Below are positions 61,830-64,000 of a stretch of DNA of 64,000 nucleotides, piece by piece (position 1 is the first letter of the stretch; each line of letters begins with the position of its first letter). Source of the DNA: Phoronis australis (taxonomy: Eukaryota; Animalia; Phoronida). The translations under genes and the position numbers were made by a program. The notes under the pieces are model-generated. The model was given only the letters and a program-made list of their open reading frames with translations. It was not told the origin of the DNA and did no database searches. The stretch spans positions 773,781 to 837,780 of the forward strand of contig NMRA01000061.1 of the NCBI GenBank assembly GCA_002633005.1, given 5' to 3'.

Positions 61830-63720
61830 ATCAATTAACGGCGAACAATATCACCAAACTCCCCTTCTCTTCTGTGAAGTATTGCAGCTCCCCCTCTTTT
61901 AGCTTCCAGTTGGCTTACGTAAAAGGGAATGTCCCATCGTCAAACTCTTTCAGTAAGGCTGGCCATTGCTTTAGCTTCTTGAATGCCCGGTCATGAATAT
62001 CGGTCCACACAAGTTCCTTAGGCTGGCCTGTATTCAATAAACCTGTCAACGGCGTGAGTATCTGTGCATAGTGAGGCACAAACTTTTGGTAAGCCCTAGG
62101 AATGGACGTACTTCAGTCTTGGTAGAAGACGTTGGTCCTTTCTGGATCCTCATTATCTTTTGGTCCTCCATAGCTATCTGGTTCGTTCAGCCTGATGCCG
62201 AAGGAATTCCAAGTCCTGATATCTAATTCTGCATTTCGACAGATTTACTGTCGAGCCTGTTTGTTTGACCGTCTAAAACAAGTCTCTCAGTGTACGGAGA
62301 TGCTGTCTCCAGATGAAAGTGTGGAGTAAGACGTAATCAACATACTGCTCGAAATTATCTGAGCCTACTAACATCCTCCTCATTATCCTGTTGAATGTAG
62401 AAGCCAACTTCACCAAACCAAATAACAATCTTAAGAACTGGTAACAGCCCCTGGAGTAACAAATGCGGTTTTCTCTTTACTCGCCACATCCATGGGAATT
62501 GCCAGTAGTTCTTTCTGAAGTCGAACTTCATAAAGAAACATTGACCATGGAGAGTCTGCATAATACCTTCAGGAGTGCCATTCGTTCGTTGTCAAATTTA
62601 GTCACTGCATTTAGCCGTCGGTATTCAACACAGAACCTTGTGCTGCCACCCTTTTCAGTCACCAAAACTACAAGAGGGCTGTAAGCTGAAGAGTAAAATT
62701 CAATGATGTGATGTTCATCTTTAACATTTTTGCAATTCCTTCTTCACTAGGTCCTGAGTAGTGTACGGCATTGGCGTGGCCTCACTCTCACTGGTTGTTG
62801 CTCTGTCGTCAACTCGACGACGTGGCTGGCTAAATCGGTTTCTCCTGGTGAACCTCCAGCTACGCCACCTTCATCAAGAAGGATCGATTCGTCTATATCA
62901 CATTCTTCATCTTTGTCTGCAATGTTCTCAGCCTCGCGTTCGTGATTTTCCTTCAACAGATTGGCTTTGAAGATTTTAATTTTGCCGTTCGTGTTAATAG
63001 TGTTGTCCATACGGTTGACTGCTTCTGTAACTTGGTATGGCCCCTTCGACTGCAGGTTGAGCTTCTTGTGGTATGTGTGAAGTATTCCAACACTCTTTGC
63101 TTCACTCAAAACTACCTATTTCTGGTTTCCTTGTCGTAGTCATGCTTGTGAATACATTATACAAGCTTTTTTCTAGCCAACTCGCAGGCATCATCTAAGC
63201 GGTTCCTGAGCTCGAAGACATACTGGTAAGTAATTCGAACTTCGTTTTCGTTTTTCCCAGCTCGCTCAGGATTTGCATTGGGACTCTTACTGTGTTGCTG
63301 TATAGCAACACAAAGGATGAAAATTCTGTACTTTATCGGGGAAATGCAGGTAAGAAAGCAGGACAGCTGGCAGATACCAGTCCCAATCCCTTAGTCTTTC
63401 TTGACACACCTTCTTCAGCATGCCTTTGAGTACACCTTTGAATCGTCCATACAACCCGTTACACCGTGGATTGTAAGGGGTTATATACAGATGATGTGCG
63501 CTCACGTGCCTGCTGGCCTTCATCAGTTTCCACGAAAACTCAGGCTCTCTCTTGGGAGCCTTACTTCACTGTAGACTTCTAACATCGCTTCAGTCACATG
63601 ATCCGGCTCAATCTTCGGCAGCTCCGCTGCTTCGCGGTATCTGATAGCAAACTCTACCACCGTGAAAGTATGCCTGTTTCCTTTGTCAGAAACTACAGAT
63701 ATAGGGCCAATCAGATCCAT
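61830..63720 (-). mobile_element. Decayed Gmr1-like Gypsy pol with INT-RT-RNaseH order
   Basis: 5' to 3' on minus strand: INT (MDLIGPI..SDKGNRHTFTVVEFAIRYREA; ITPYNPRCNGL..LKGMLKK..DWDWYLPAVL; KGPYQV), then RT (GETDLASHVVELT..PVRVRP; GGSTRFCVEYRRLNAVT; FMKFDFRKNYWQ; VNLSKC), then connection/RNaseH (KFVPHYAQILTPLTGLL; ELVW..AFKKLK). Confidence 0.82.
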
Positions 63721-63754
63721 CGCTTAATTAGCGCTTTTTTCGCTTTGCCTGAGC

Positions 63755-63915
63755 CCTGGGCCCGGTGCCTAATGTCAGACTCGAACTCGAACTCGGACTC
63801 GAAAATTTCTACTCGAAATCTGTCTCAGTCGAGTCGAACTCGAAATTGCGTGCCCAATGTTCACTTTCGAGTCGACTCGAAATCGAGTTTACTCGAGAAA
63901 TCGTACTCGAGTTAC
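63755..63915 (+). repeat. CTCGA-rich sub-terminal array, probably the end of a non-autonomous DNA transposon truncating the Gmr1-like element
   Basis: About a dozen ACTCGA/TCGAGT motifs after CTGGGCCCGGT; the partner end would lie outside the window. Confidence 0.45.
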
Positions 63916-64000
63916 CAAGGAACTCTCCTGTGTTGTGAATTACATAAAAATAATTTTCTGCGAGAAGTGCGCCCTCTACTACGTGATCGTCTGCTTTTGA

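Overview
Eukaryotic (invertebrate-metazoan-like, AT-rich) draft-assembly DNA, mostly transposon-derived; no prokaryotic operons, RNA genes or CRISPR arrays are supported. The only host gene I can support is a minus-strand multi-exon gene with three phase-1-compatible exons: FN3 (59342-59091), WSC (24013-23732) and a Ser-rich/hydrophobic GPI-like tail (6984-6839), separated by introns of about 35 kb and 17 kb; its 5' end lies outside the window or was not recognised. The introns hold a nest of mobile elements. (1) A ~5.1-kb TA-flanked TIR family with four copies (one lies just past the gene's 3' end); it carries a heavily decayed Tc1-like transposase and, convergently, a possible decayed KDZ-like second ORF. 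Two full-length copies lie inverted 1.7 kb apart. (2) A truncated ISL2EU element (DDE_Tnp_4 transposase plus a 4-exon SAP/SWIM/YqaJ gene). (3) A Sola3 element with TTAA TSD. (4) Three decayed Gypsy elements, one with Gmr1-like INT-before-RT order. (5) Helentron-associated (HINE-like) tandem-repeat elements, plus hAT, THAP and possibly piggyBac relics. Eight single Ns mark contig joins, four sets of them with duplicated flanks, so long-range order and copy number need confirmation. All protein-family calls come from manual motif reading, not database searches.
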